From Nitrospirales bacterium (lineage in GTDB: Bacteria; Nitrospirota; Nitrospiria; Nitrospirales; UBA8639), in contig CBDBCZ010000018.1 of the NCBI GenBank assembly GCA_965203295.1, positions 1,248,001-1,312,000 of the forward strand: DNA of 64,000 nt, written 5' to 3'. This document shows positions 25,723 to 40,710 of the stretch, in pieces. Every line of letters starts with the position of its first letter. Within the stretch, counting starts at the first letter, position 1. The notes beneath the pieces are model-generated. The model saw only the letters and a program-made list of their open reading frames with translations, made no database searches and was not told the DNA's origin. The position numbers and the translations under genes were made by a program.

Positions 25723-28700
25723 TGTAATAACTTATGTAGTAATGAACTATAACACCATGCATCTTATGTCATGCATGCTTTGTGTTCAAGAGACAAGGCG
25801 TCTTTGTTTGGATGTAACCATGTGCTTTGAGTTTTGAGGTAGTTGTAGAGTTTTTCAGAATGATACAGTTTTGCGATCCTATTCGATTGAAACTCGGGAG
25901 ATCCCTTTGGGGGCTTGTCCGGGATTATTGCTCACTTTCGAGTAACCGAGGACTGTACCAACAATTGTTCCCAGGCATGCAGACAACCTTAAAACGCAAC
26001 CTGGAAGCTGTCCGAGCTCTGACACGTCCCTGGCTGTTAAGTGGGTGGGCAGTGTATGCAGTCCTGAGTTGAACAAGCAGCTCAGGGTCTCAACAGGCAC
26101 TGTGTAGCCGTAGCGGTGCGGGGACGGCAGGTGAGGAAGACAGAGCGATGGCGAATGAGGCACTGCAGACACAGCTGGATGCCTTGTGTGTTGAGAAGCA
26201 GCGGCTCGAGGCTGAGAATGCTAAGCTGAGAGATGGCAACCCAGAAGGGGCTGCACACCAGGACAGAGGTGGAGGTGAAGGAGCTTCTAGAGGAGAAGCA
26301 GCGTGCCCACCAAGACATGGAGCACCTGAGGGAACTCTATGAGCAAGCTCTTCGAGACCTACAGGAGAAGAACGGTGAAGCATCAAGTTGGCAACAGAAG
26401 GTCGCCGCCCTTCAGGAGTAAGTAGGAGAGGAGGTGGAGCATTGCCGATCTCTGGCGGCATACGAAGAGTGACAGAGTCAGTGCAGGGAATTGGAGGTGC
26501 ATTGTAAGTGGGAAGCGCGGGTTGTGCAAGGGAGAAGGGACATGGAGCTTGACCGATATCGTGCAGTCGAAGCGGAGCGCAGTAAGTGGGAGGCTAGAGA
26601 AGAGAGGCTCGTGAGACAGCTCGAGCAACTAAAGGAACGGTCGGAGTACAGAGTCACTGAAGGCGAAAGTGAGGGGTGAGGAAGCCCCGCCCAAGTCACG
26701 GGCTGGGTGCGGAGATGCTGTCATAGCCAATCTACCGTGCAATCGTCAATCCAAGCGGCATTATTTGCTCAACAGATGCTTTCCCTCCCCAAGTTCTCCG
26801 GTGAAAATCGGGAAATAGATTGGGGAAACGTTTCAAGACTGGATCGAACAATTTGAGCTGGTTACAATCATGTGTGGTTGGAATGGGCAAGCCAAGCTGG
26901 TGAACCTGGCCACTCAACCCAAGGGCCAAGTATACGTGTTTTATTGATCCTGTACCTCGCAGCAGTGTACCAGCTATGCTACATTGGTAGCTGAGCTGTC
27001 CAAGTGGTTTACTCCAGTTAACAGGCGGACACCCCACTTGGTCCCATTCCCATTGCAATCATGAAGGTACATGTAGAGGGAGTACCCGTGCAGGCCTCAT
27101 TGGATGCGGGTTCATCTGTGAGTATTATTTCCCTTGACTTCTTGCTCGAGGCCCTAGCTAAGCAGCGCACTGAGGGTCAGTCTCTGATAGAGTAGAAAGA
27201 GTCTATGCGAGCACGCCTGCAAAACCCTGGCATGGTCTTGAAGGGCTAAGGTGGCGAGGAGCTCCCGATCAGCCGACGGATCACGTGTTGGATTTCATGA
27301 GGTGACTATGCAGTGGAGGCGACCTTGCAAGTGCAGAAAGAAGCACCTGTCCGGCTTCTAATTGGCACGGACCTACAATCTCAGTTGGGATTCCTGTTCC
27401 TCCAAATGGATTCAGAACAGGCAGAACCAGCCAAAGATCTACTGCAAGAGAAGGCATGGGAGGTGAGTAATGTGCCCCTAGTGGAGACCGGTCCTGCGGA
27501 GTCTCCACTCCTCCCTGCCCCTGTGGTGCATTTGATACAAGCAGCTAGTCTGCCGGCGAGGCATGTGAAGCTGGTGAGAGCTCGTGTCGATATGGAGAGG
27601 CAAGATGTTTGAGCCTGCGGACAGCCTGTTGGAGGAGAGAGGATTGGTGATTGACAGCTCACTGACAAAGCCTGCTACAGACAGTGTGTCATCCTAGCCA
27701 TCCACAACCCAAGTCGTGAACCTGTGCACCTGAAGAAGGGCCAAGTTCTGGGCAAGCTGCAAAAGGGCAAGGTGCTTCCGGTCGATTCTGAAGAACGAGA
27801 CTCCCATGCGGTTAGAGCAGTGGATGCCAACCAAGTTGGTATTGGAGAGAAGCCTACCTTGCCAGAAGCTGACCTACCCCTTGTAGACCGAACGCAGAAC
27901 GCAGAAGGTTCTGGGTACACTGCAGCTGAGCCAAACTGACCTGGATGCCCCGGAGAAAGTCCAACTTGAGATGCTCATCACCAAGTATGCCGACGTGTTC
28001 GCTCTAGACCATGGTGAATTGGGTTCCACAGACATTGTGACCCACCCCATTGATACTAGTGTCCACCCCCAGTGCACCAACAGCCTCACAGAGTGCCGTT
28101 TTTATTGCGAGGGCAGTTAGCCGAGATGGTGGATGAGATGATGAAACGAGGAGTGGTCCAACCTTCCCAAAGCCCGTGGGCGAGCCCGGTGGTTTTGGTT
28201 GCCAAGAAAGACAGTAGTACACGTTTCTGTGTAGACTACCGTAAGCTGAATGCGATCACTAAGATGGACGTTTACCCCCTGCCAAGGATTGATGATTCCT
28301 TGGACCAATTAGCCCACGCCAAGCATTTTTCAACATTAGATATTTTGACGGGGTACTGGCAGGTGAAGATGGAAGAAGCCTCCCAGGAAAAGACTGCGTT
28401 TACTGTTTGCCTGTTCGAGTTTCGAGTCATGCCCTTCAGCCTGTGCAATGTGCCGGCCACCTTCCAGCGACTGATGGAGAATGTCCTGCCAGGCTTGGTG
28501 AGGGACCAGTGCATTGTGTATATTGATAACATCTTGGCTATTGGCAAGCACCTGGAGAACCTGCAAAAAGTGTTCGGTAGACTGCATCAGGCCGGGCTGC
28601 GACTGAAGCCATCGAAGTGTCGCCTTGCCCAGCAGAGTGTTGAGTACTTGGGATACGTTATGTCTGAGCCAGGCATTGATCCCAAGAAAGTGGACTGTGG

Positions 28701-30902
28701 AGTCCTTTCCCAGGCCGGCCAATCTCCCATCCCTCAGATCGTTTTTGGGTCTTGCCTCCTACTACCGGAGATTCATCCCTGGTTTTTCCGCAGTGCCCAA
28801 CCCCTGTACGTGCTGACGAAAAAGAATGTCCCCTTTGAGTGGACGCAGCCCTGCCAAAATGCCTTTGATGAGTTGAAGTGGATGATGACCGAGGCACCAG
28901 TACTGGAGTTCCCAGATTTTGAAAGGGAGTTTGTTCCGAAACAGATGCTTCTGGGGCAGGCTTGGGAGCTGTACTTTCCCAAAAGCAAAGAGATGAAACA
29001 CTAAGGCCCATCGCATTTAACGAAAAGAACTACGACGTCTCAGAGATGGAGGCCCTAGGAGTCGTGTGGGCGGTGAGGCATTTTCGACCCTACCTCTATG
29101 GGAATCATTGCGAAGTGATCACAGATCACGAGGCACTGCGAGCCCTGTTGGATACCCCTCAGCCCTCAGGCAAACTTGCATGATGGGGGATGGCATCACA
29201 AGAGTTAGATCTCATGATGTCGTACCGGCCAGGGAGAAAGAATGAGAAGGCTGATGCTTTATCCTGCCACCCACTGTCACAAACCAGTGCTCAGCGCAAG
29301 ATCAGTTGTGGAGTTGCCAACTCGCAGACCCAGAGCTATCAGAGGTGATTAAGTACCTGGGGGACGGACTTCCATCCACTGACGAGAAGAAAGCCCGCCT
29401 TATAGTCCTGAATAAGCCCCAGTATGCAATTGTGCATAAAACCTTGCACAGGGTCGCACCCGACAAGATACTACGAATTGTCCCACCTCAAGTAGATTTG
29501 AGGAAACTTTTGACGAAGTCCACGGAGGAGTGTTCAGCGGCCACCTACGGGAAGCCAAAATCCATGGAATGCTCGGTAAGCATTACTGGTGGCCCAACAT
29601 GCGTGCTGATATACTGATGTGGTGCCGAGCATGCCTAACTTGTGCCACTCGTCATGTAGGAAGGGCGGTAAAACCCTTACTGACCTCCATACCCGTAGCA
29701 GGTCCACTTGAACATATGAGGGTAGATGTTCTGCAGTTACCCCAGTCACACCAGGGCAACAAATGTGCCATAGTTTTCATTGACTATTTGACCAAGTGGC
29801 CAGAGGTGTTTGCTACTAAACACCAGACTGCCCTCACAATTGCTCGATTACTGGTGGAGCAGATTGTTGTTCGGCATGGGGTACCCGCAGAGTTATTGTC
29901 TGAATGAGGAGCCACTTTCCTATCCCGTCTGATGGAGGAGGTACATTCCCTAATGGGAATCCATAAGGTCAACAACGCCCCTGCTTACCAGCCTCAGACA
30001 GACGGTGTTGTGGAGAGATTCGATCATACTCTCCAGAATATGTTAGCCAAGACAGTAGAACCAGGAGGTCGCGATTGGGACACCAGATTGCCTTATGTTC
30101 TGTTTGCGTATAGAGCCAGTTTGCAACAGTTAACCGCGGAGTCCCCCTTCTTCCTGCTGTATATATGGGAGGGATCCTCATCTCCCCACAGAAGCTGCTT
30201 TGTCATCACCACAAGAGCGCTATCCCATTGACCTTGATGACTACAAGTCTGAAGTCATGACTAAGCTGTCCGATGCATGGGAATTAGTCCGGAAAAATAT
30301 CCAGAAAGCTCAGGGCCAGCAGAAGAGACAGTGATTATCTCGACTTTCCCAGTTCAAGGCTAGTGATCATGTATTTGTGTATATGCCTGCTGCTAAGTCT
30401 AACCGGATAGTTGCCACTCATGAAAACGGAGTGGAAGTCTGTCCAGTTGACAAACCTCAGTCAACACCAATCAGAGTTGCTCTCAATCGAGTTCGTCCTT
30501 GTCCTACTCAAGTTGCGGATAAATTTCTGGCCATCAGGTGCAAAGCAGAAGGCCCAGAGTCGGTCTCCTCATGAGGATGATTCCATCTGAGTCCCAATCC
30601 AGGAGTGCCGAGCTGCCTGTTCAGGCTGAGTCTCCTGGAATCTGGACCAACAGGTTGAGGACACCACGGCCGAGGACATCCATGCTTCAACCGGAGGACG
30701 TGTAATACAGATTCTGAACTTTGAACTTATGTAGTAATGGACTATGACATCATCTTATGTCATGCATGCTTTGTGTTCAAGAGACAAGGTGCCTTTGTTT
30801 GGATGTAACCATGTGCTTTTGAGTTTTGAGTTAGTTGTAGAGTTTTTCAGCATAATACAGTTTTGTGTTCCTATTCGATTGAACCTCGGGAGATCCCTTA
30901 CC
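25723..30902 (+). mobile_element. Decayed Ty3/Gypsy LTR retrotransposon with both LTRs
   Basis: 5' LTR ~25723-25907 and 3' LTR ~30701-30902 are direct repeats starting TGTAATA. PBS TGGGGGCTTGTCCGGGAT at 25908-25925. Frameshifted gag coiled coil, protease (ALLDAGS), RT (SPWASPVVLVAKKD, CVDYRKLN, YIDNIL), RNase H and integrase (VFIDYLTKWPE, AYQPQTDG). TATA flanks on both sides. Confidence 0.92.
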
Positions 30903-32457
30903 TATATAGTCCTTTTGCCCCGATCTGTTCATCATCCAATGACTATGTACGTATAGTCTTGTGCACAGAACTGTTTGCTATTCAAGGGACTGATGTCATG
31001 AGTCCACTAGCTAGTCTTCTGAAATATGTGAAAAACATTACCAGTAAGTGGCACTAAACCAAGCCGACATAGACCGCTAAGTTTATTCACCATCCCCAAA
31101 TTTTCTTGGAAGAGAGATTTCATTTGGCAATTGTCCCCCTTGCTGGGGGACCTTCCAATTAATGAGTGTCATGAGTAAGGGAATAGTACTGTCTAGTCTC
31201 ATTCAAGGCTGTTACAGTAACAGGGCTCAGCAAAGTAGCTAGAGTCTATACCATTGCAGTTCATCTCCATAGAGTTCAGAGGTGTTTCCCCATAGAGCTA
31301 TGGTTTCACTTGGCAATGCAATAGTCAGTCTTTCAGCCACTGAGCCACTCCCAAGCCACATCAGAGAAGACACTTGAAAGAATCTTTTCTGGCTACGGGC
31401 AGTTGTAGATTCCCATAATAGGTATAGAGTTATGCAAAAAGTAATTTGAGCTTAGCTATTTGGATGGCTGCCTGTTCCTGCATATATGGGAACTCCCATA
31501 ATCCTGGGAATACCCGTACCTGAACAAAGGTTTGTGGGAAACATTATGAGTGTTACTAGTAGCAAACTTGTGAGGGGATTCACTGCATTACATCAGCTAT
31601 AATTGTTCAATTAAAATGTTTCAGATAGTAATGTGTACATAATTGCATGGCTGTGTATAGTATCCTACTGTTGTATTAGATAAAGAACTAACTCTAAAAC
31701 TCTGGTACAGCACAGCCTGCTGAGTGAGCACTGTTAAATTAAGTACTGTCTGCTGGGTGACTGAGTGTACAGATTCAAAGAAGTTATTTTTCGCAAGACC
31801 AGCCCCTGGAAACTGACAAGTAAGTCATGCAGTGGTAATTATATGAGTGTGTGGACGGGGTGGACAGGGAAGGCGACTAAAGTTATGCCATTGTGATTCT
31901 TACGTGACAAGTAGGGCTTCTCCGCCTTCAGTTTCTGTGAGTATATAGCTACATGTACAGCTGTCTGTGTTCTGAGTGAGGGGAATAGCTATAAGACGCT
32001 GTTTTGATTACCACTCGAGAACTTTATATTATCACTGACGCATTACATGGATGGTACATAACTACAGAATGTGTCATAACAGCATGTATCATTGGTGAAG
32101 CAATGTCGTGACAGTAACAATTATCTCTTTCTGGTGTGATTTGAAATGAGTAAAATCAAACAATGCGTATGTGTAGCTAACCATTTTCTGAGTGAGCTGC
32201 CAGGGAATGGCCAGAAGAGGTGGCATCTTAAGTGCTATTGATGTACTTGTCACCAGACCAGATTTGACCTTCTACCCTTCAATTTTTATTCTTTGCTTGT
32301 TTACAGGGAAAGGCTGTTGGTTTGTCGTGGCGCTATCTTTTTTTTGTCCAGGGAACATGAAAGCAAAAATAATACTCTTATAGCTACCCGTTAAGCCCAG
32401 TAGCTATCATAGCTCTTTACCTGGCACACTTGCATTGATGTGTGTTGTACCAAACCA

Positions 32458-32790
<333 letters not shown>

Positions 32791-33263
32791 ACGAGTGTGT
32801 GCGGTTGTGTAACTTAGGCACTGCAAATTGTCTACAATCATACTGCACTGCTGGAAAGTATTGGGAAGGCATTACTAGTGCTAGCATTGTAAAGGCCAAG
32901 TATTGATAGGATTTTAGATGCCATAATACAATGATTATTGCATGTATTTCTTGTGATAGAAGCTGCTGCAGCTGAGTCATGGAACAGTCATGGGTATTAA
33001 TTTTGATGTTACTTTTTTTGCTAGAATTTATGATGTGTAAAATAACATAATTTACTGTTTACACCCCGACATAAATAAACCTATACAGCCATAGCTCAAG
33101 TTAAAGACTGTACTATGTGTATAGATTGTGGATATTTGCTTGGTGAGACTATATTCAGAACAATCTTTACTATTAATCAACAAACTTAAACTGCTATGTT
33201 TTAGTCCAAATCTTAACCAAGCATATAAAACTCAGACACTTACCAGCATAGTCAGTCACTGCA

Positions 33264-33722
33264 CACTGCAAAAATAAAGTGGTTGGTTTTACCCACATAA
33301 GGTCACCTCAGTTGCAGCTCCAGTATACCAGAGAATGCTCAGTTACTCGCGTGCAGTGCAATAAGATTACTTTCCTCAAAAGCCAAGCTAGATCAGCTTT
33401 TTTAGGTGCATGGGATAGAAATGGATTGGTACAAAATATGCGTTGCTAATGGTCTTTCCTTCCTTTAGAAATTCGAGCCTAAATAGGGTGGTAAAGTGAT
33501 CCACTTGTTTACATTGTTTTGTACATGTACACTGCAACTGAGATATCCCTAGCTGGTTTAAAGCAACCTTTTAGGTTTTGCAGTGCGTAAATTATAGGAG
33601 CCATAAAGGTATTATGTTGGGCAAATAATGTAATTGATCTACCTGTATGCACATTTTTTGGTAGTGAACTTGCAACTGAGATACCCCCAGCTGGATTAAG
33701 TGACCCTTTTGTTTTTGCAGTG
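33264..33722. mobile_element. Small CACTG-terminated non-autonomous element with a duplicated right end
   Basis: Starts CACTGCAAAAATAAAG and ends TTTTGTTTTTGCAGTG. A second right-end copy (TGCAACTGAGATA...TTTTGCAGTG) lies at ~33533-33585. No clean TSD. Confidence 0.5.
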
Positions 33723-36700
33723 TGATGACTCACGTGGAATGTGTTCTCTCTTCGCAATAAAGCAAACTGTAGTGCAGTGCTTTGGATATATTTGATTTTG
33801 ATATACTGAGATGAGGTGCAGTGAATCAATTTAGAACACTATTAGATTGTTATCATTGTGGATTGAAGAAAATTTAAGCATACACTCTTTTCAGATGAAA
33901 TTCAACTCTATATTGACTAATGCCACGTGTCATGAGTATTTAGCTAAACAAGCAATAAAGCAAGTAATATAGCTTGTGATGCAATCACAAAAAGTGTCAT
34001 TGAATTGTGAGTTACTGTAGTGACCTCAGCCCCACATCATCTCATCACAGCATTCTCAACCATACCCAATTGGTTTCTATACTTTATAGATGTATTATCA
34101 TATCTCCCCCACCCCTTAGCATCACAAACTTTTAGACAGTGCTATAGGAGAAAAATATTATGAAAATAAAACAACTTGCGTACTCAATCAAATTGAGTCA
34201 AATACAGTTAGGGCAATAACAGTTTGAAACTTTAAGTTTCAAACTGTTATTATGCCCTTGATCAGTAAGGTAATACTAAAGAGAAAAAATGTAGCCAGCT
34301 ATTAATTCTTTTGGTGATGACCGATCACATGTTCATGTCTTTTTTTACTTTTCTACAGAGGAAAGCAATGTCTTTGGAGATCCACCCGAGCCTGCTGTCG
34401 AGCATATATCATAGGTTTACTTTGTACACCAATTCTTTCTTTCTCTTGCGGGTTCCACTGATGATCAATGGGCAAACTTGTGCAATTGGCTGCTCAGAGG
34501 GAATGCTCACCCTCAACTCCCGCTATCCCAGCCTCGGAATTACGTTTGCCTCCCTCATTGATGATGTGAACGACGTGGCAAAGAAGTATGGTATCTCTGA
34601 AGTAACCAAGTACTGGATTGAAGATGTTCCTCTTTTCAAGCTAGAGTACTCCTCGGCAGATGGAATGAAGAAGTTCATTCACTCAGCTGAAATGGTACAA
34701 AGTGAAATAGCTACAAAAATCTCAGCACGGATTGCTGTAGCTTCTGGTTTCACTAGTTCCCACCAATTCAACCGTCTTCCTGTGATGGCTCATACAGAAG
34801 TCTTCCTAATATCCCCTGAGCTGGCTGGTAAAGATGCAGACCTGAAGCTGGTAACTTTAGAGAACCTCTCAGCCTGTCTTGCCAAGCAAATGGAGAGTGA
34901 GGTGTTCAACTTTGGGGACGTTTTTAGACGATACAGGATCAAAGGTGCCTATTAATTAAAACTAATTGTAAAGATTTATATCTTATTATGTATGTTATAA
35001 CTTTATTCAGGATATCTAACATCGCATCAGCTGCTTGAAGAGCTCAATGAAATTGTGGAGTGGTACCATCTTGGAATCCGCTTAGGTATCACTGAAGCAG
35101 ATTTGAATGGTATCAAGCTCGAAAATGATGACGTGAAAGGCTGCAGATCCAAGATGCTTTCCACATGGCTTGAAAAGAGCCCTCAGCCCACATGAGCTAC
35201 CATCATCAATGCACTCACCAGCATTGGAAGGAGAAGCTTGGCATACAAAATGGCCTGGAAGTATGGTATGCATGAATCTGTGTATTTACTTCTTGTTTTG
35301 TGCTGTACACTAATAATTTTGTGCCTCTACGTAGGTATCCCAGTAGCAAGTTTAACAGAGACAAAGCAAGTTTCAATGCCAGTTCCTACTCCAGAGAAGG
35401 TAATTTTTACAAGATAGGGTGATTTATGTATAGCTATCAGACATTAAACCTTTTTTGACACAGATGAGTGATTCCAATCAGCAGAAGCTCAAAAGTGAAG
35501 TACAAGAGCTGCAGAGCAGCATAGAGTCAAAGGACATGGAATTGCTGGTCAGCAAACAGACAGCAACTGAAGCACAGAATGCAAGATATATTGCCAGAGG
35601 GAGACTTGAAAAAGTTGGAGAGCAAGCTGTGGAAACCCAAACAAAAGTAACACAGCTGCTCAAGAAATCATCTGATACCTGGGATCAATTGGAGCTCAAA
35701 CAAAAAACCCTGAAAGTATTTCAGAAGCTTCCAGAAAGTGAAAAGGCAGAGTTGCAAGGAGTCATTGACCACACAAACCAGGAGATACAGAAGCTCCAAG
35801 AAGAACTTGAAATAATCCAGGCTGAACTAGAATCGGAAAAGAAAAAGGCTTGTTCTCTTCCTGATCAGCTCTCGCAGGCAAACAAAGAGCTAGCTGAAAA
35901 ATCTGCAAGAGTTCAGGAGCTGGAGTGGGTACGCCAGGAATTGGACACTTTGCTGGAACTTAAGAGAAAGAGGGTTGATCAGCTGCTGATGCAAGTGGCT
36001 GCTGCTTCGAATTTACAACAGTACAACATGAAAATGAAGGTGATAAAAATATTAACTTTTGGTATATCAGATGTTAATTTATACATATATATTTTTATAC
36101 AGCATCAGCTTGTCACAATCAAAATGGAGTTAGAGGCAAAAATAGCAGAGGTGGCCAATCTCAAGCAGACTGTTGCTTACCAAGATGCAGAAGTCCAGCG
36201 TCTGTCTGCTAAACTCCGGAGCAAAGAAGCCCTCCTACATGTACAAATATTGCTCATGCAACTCTCTCAGGCAACAAAACCTGACCACACCCAGGAGCTG
36301 AAATCGATGGGAGAGCTACAGAGGCTGACAGAGAAGGTCTCAGAGCTGAGGGTGAAGTTGCTTTATGCAGAAGATGCGAAACAGGAGGCACAGAGGCAGA
36401 TGGAGGCTGCTGAGCTGAAGAGCAGGCTGCTACAAGAGATTGTGAGGGAATACAGGCAAAACCCACCTCCTGTTCCACCAAGGCAATTACAAAGGCTAGC
36501 ACCAAAACTACAGGAAAGCAGAAATCCCCCACCACCTGTTCCACCAAAGCAATTACAAAGGCAAGCGCCAAAACTACAGGAAAGCAAGCAAGCCCCACCT
36601 CCTGTTCCACCAAGGCAATTACAGGAAAGCAGGCTAGCACCGGAACTACAGGAAAGCAGGAATAACCCACCTCCAGTTCCACCAAAGCGATTACAAAATC

Positions 36701-37915
36701 TTGAGCCAGAATTACAGGAAAGCAGGCAAACCTCACTTTCTGTAACACCAAAACAATCACGGAAGCCAGTAAGCAAAAGTATAGCTTAGATGGCTGAGAG
36801 CTATATTGTTATTCTTGGTAATGCATTGGAGTAAGAAAGGGTTTTTGTTTACACACATGCATGGTATTCCATTAGTATTGATATTAATAATGGAATTCCA
36901 TGCATGTGTCGAGAATATCAATGCTATCCTTGGCTAAGCATGTTAATTAAAAATTCTTCTTGAGCATATTACTACATATTATGGGACAAATCCAGTAATT
37001 TTAGTCTATGGAAAATGGGCAGGCTTTATTCAGTTTATATAGCTGCATGATGCAGGCTCATTTAACTGGATAAATACTGATGGATTGATTCAATATTGCA
37101 GTCTAAGTACTTATAATACACGCCAACAAGCTAGTGAGTAGGGTTTATTATCAGAACACACTTCATGCGAGGTAGATAAGCATGTAAAGTACACAGGAGC
37201 CACATATTCACAGTGTACAAAAATGCAGCTATATTATGTATATAATGCTCACTCGATCCATTGCAGTTACCACATCCTAGAAAAGATTCGTGGGAATACA
37301 GAACATTCACCCAGAATTCTGCTGAAATTGTTGACACACTGGCTCATATGATGGTAGCTGCCAAAATTGCAAGCAAATTGAATGCGGCCGGCATAATAGG
37401 CGACTCAATCACTAAGCATGTATACAATTATGGTCCTTGGATTACAGAGAGATTCAGGCTTCAACACATCATTGCAGCTCTAAAGGACAAGATTCACCTA
37501 GATGCACAAAAGTATTACTACTTTCGTGACGTTATTCTTTCACTTGGTGCTGATGCAGACACAGCTCTTCCCTTCTTGCCAGAAAATGATAAATCGATTT
37601 TAATAAATTACTGAATTGTTATTTAAATTTCTAGATGGATTTGCGATGAAGCTTATTTATTAATATTATCTCACCCTGCTGGTGTGTGCATACTCAAATC
37701 ACAGATCCAACAATCTATAAGTCTGCAACAAGGAAAGCTAGGTCTCTCTTTGAAGACCAAGGTCAGTCACATACAGTGCTCCTGACATAAAGAGTACATT
37801 TTGAAAATATTACATATTCTGCTCTATCTCCTTCAATGTTTGCAGTCAAGATCTCAAAGTGATATGTATACGTATTCCTACACACATTTACTCACACATG
37901 CAAAAACCTTATTAA

Positions 37916-38053
37916 CCCTTTCACCGGTATAGGCCACTTTATTGCCCAAAGAAACAAAATGAAAGCCCATACTTTATATTAATGCCTACTATATAAAAAC
38001 ACCATATAAATTCATATGGGCCTTATGGAAGCAGGTCACTACCAGTGAAAGGG
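37916..38053. mobile_element. piggyBac-type MITE, copy 1
   Basis: TTAA|CCCTTTCACC...GTGAAAGGG|TTTA. Inverted copy of 38175-38310. Confidence 0.75.
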
Positions 38054-38057
38054 TTTA

Positions 38058-39087
38058 TAATTAGATTAGGCAATACCACAGGAACTTTCAGCCTTGTATG
38101 TTCATCTGCTTGAAAAACATGTTTTGGCCTGAAAAGGAAGTGTTGTGAGCTAGATTTCGCTTTTTTCAGTTTAACCCTTTCACCCGTAGAGACCTGCTTC
38201 CATAAGGCCCCTAATAATTTATGCGGTGTTTTTATATCAGGCGTTAATATTAAGTATGGGCTTTCGTTTTGTTTCTTTGGCCAGTACAGTGGCCTGTACC
38301 GGTGAAAGGGTTAATGTAGTAAACCTTATGTACTACGGTTGACCCAGCTTTTAAGTGCAGACTCCAAGTAGCTAGATTAAAAGTTATAGGCAAACGTCAG
38401 ATTCTTGGGTGCCAAAACGCTTACTATTAGGCACGATTTGGTTGCAGCCCTGAAAGTTAAGAGCTAACTTTTTAACACGTAATAACACCTATATTAAAGA
38501 AATAGCGTTAAAAAATTTAGAGTTCATTATCCTTCTGTAAACGGAGATATAAGCAATTATTGTTAAGAATTAGCCAAAAAACATCCACAATTTATCATGG
38601 TCTTCCATCACTCTGTACTTAAGAAGTGGTGATGAAAACATCATAACTGGATCATGTAAAGACTCCTGTTCTATATTTTGGCTCTAAAAGTGAGCTTGAA
38701 AGGTGACTTGTGGCTTCTAATATCATTAAAACACATTTTTTATTTACTGAGTCATGGCAGACTTGAGCTTTTTTTCATTTTTTGGCAAATTTTAAACAAT
38801 AATCACACTTATCATCTCAAGTTATCAATGGTCTATAGACTTTAAACTTTCAATACACAGCATAGATGCTGCTAGCCACCCTTAACTCCCAGATTTGTAG
38901 ACAAATATTGTGTTTATGCGCCCAAAAATGTGCCGTTTGCCTGTAACCTTTTATCGGCTTGGAGTATGTCCAGCTAAAAATTGAAGATTTAATTCCTAAT
39001 GGTTCTCCTCGTTTAAGCCAAAACGTATTTTTCAACCAGGTGAATGTACAAGGCTTTAAATTTCTGTGATTTCGCCTAATCTAATTA
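38058..39087. mobile_element. ~1-kb non-autonomous DNA element with ~70-bp TIRs, hosting MITE copy 2
   Basis: TAATTAGATTAGGCAATACCACAGGAACTTTCAGCCTTGTATGTTCATC... at 38058 matches the reverse complement of ~39020-39087. Confidence 0.7.
38175..38310. mobile_element. piggyBac-type MITE, copy 2
   Basis: TTAA TSD at 38171-38174 and 38311-38314. Ends CCCTTTCACC/GGTGAAAGGG. Confidence 0.85.
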
Positions 39088-40710
39088 AAATTCACACATG
39101 TGCACAAATGCATACCACTGTTGAGACCTTAAATATAAACCACATAGGAGATAGAGAAGAATATGTGATTTTTTTTTGAAATGTACTCTCTGTGTCAGAA
39201 TCAGAAGCTCTAGCTGTATCTATATTTTTCACCATGATCGAGATACTTATAAGAAATACTAATACCTAGCTCACACATGGTATAAAGATAGTTTTATTAT
39301 GCAGGATCCTGCCTGTATACACGTATTAGTTATAATACGTCCAGGAGGGGTGTTGTTGATTTATAAGCACAAAGCCCAAGGGCTGAGTGCTTATCAATCA
39401 ACAAAATTCTGACTGGGCATGTTTTAATTGATTTCACTGTACGAGCCTGCAGCTGCCAGTGCTTATGCTCTGTTACATAAGAATACTCTACAGCTTTTTT
39501 TACACCTGGAAATGTGGCAAAAAGCAAGCACTTTGATCACTATCAGACACGATTTAGATTTCAACGTTAGTGTCGAGATTAGTAATCGCTTAATTAACAC
39601 TATAAATCGTGAGACAAACAGACACACCGACAGAGCCAATCACTGCCGCATACATGCAGGGTAAATACAGGATACAAAATATATACAGCGATACCGAAGT
39701 ATAAACAAAATGCAAAGTACTGCTCTCTAGATGTGACACATTTTCCACGCAACTTCACATCCAGAGATCCTGATTGTGTGCACGCATGTATGCTATGAAA
39801 TTGAAAAGCCTACCAGTTTTGGAAGAAGAGATACATTGTCAAGACTTCGTAGTTACTGACTCGATATTTCGTAGCTGCTGTTACAGCACGTTGTGGTACA
39901 ATAGTGAAGACTGTACTTATGCCAAGACTGTACATGTTATAGTTAAACCACCCACTAGACGCATTTACCTGGAACTGTCCGAGTGTATTGATGGTAAATG
40001 CGTCTAGGGGGTGGTTTAGCTGGTTTGTAGCATGACAGCCATACACATCAAAGGCACCGTGACAGCTGCAACAGCTGCCGTGTTCTAACTTCCCTAATTG
40101 TTGTGTTCTAACTACCACTAATTAGAAATTAGAACACACCTGGCAGTTAGAACACTTCTACACTATTATATAAACTGTAGGTGGTACCTTTGATTTGTAT
40201 GGCTGCCATGCTACAAGTGCATATATATAGCTAATGGAAAGTATCCAGGTGCTCACACATATGGGCATTGCTTCCACTGTTTGTGCATACTTAAAAATTC
40301 ATAGCCTGCTTAGTCTACACCATGAAAGTTGTTAGTCTAAACCATGAAAGTTGACAGACCTAAGCTCTACAGGAAGTTGGATGTGCATGATTGCTACCAC
40401 TAACACCTATCTGAGGCAGCTGTGGTGCTAGCTACTGCTAGTGCACATGTAGCAAAGAGACAGCTGTGGTTATCACTGGGATCACTTTTTAATCTGAGTG
40501 GTTTTCTGTAGTGATCATGTGTAAAGGGTGTGAGTACAGCAGTTCGTACACTGAGTCATCTGAGTTTTGCACGGTGCTATAGCTAGCTGTAAGATTGTGT
40601 AGCTACAGTGGGTACTGTTATTGCAATCTAGAATAGATAGTTATTTAATCTCACTCCGGAAGCTGCCCGCTTTACTAGTTTCACCAAAACACACACACTA
40701 CCACCTACAG

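Noticed and set aside
35455..36789. 444-aa single ORF taken as a complete gene
   Set aside because: It reads through a 63-bp in-frame AT-rich intron (36040-36102) and has splice sites at both ends, so it is two internal exons of the larger gene.
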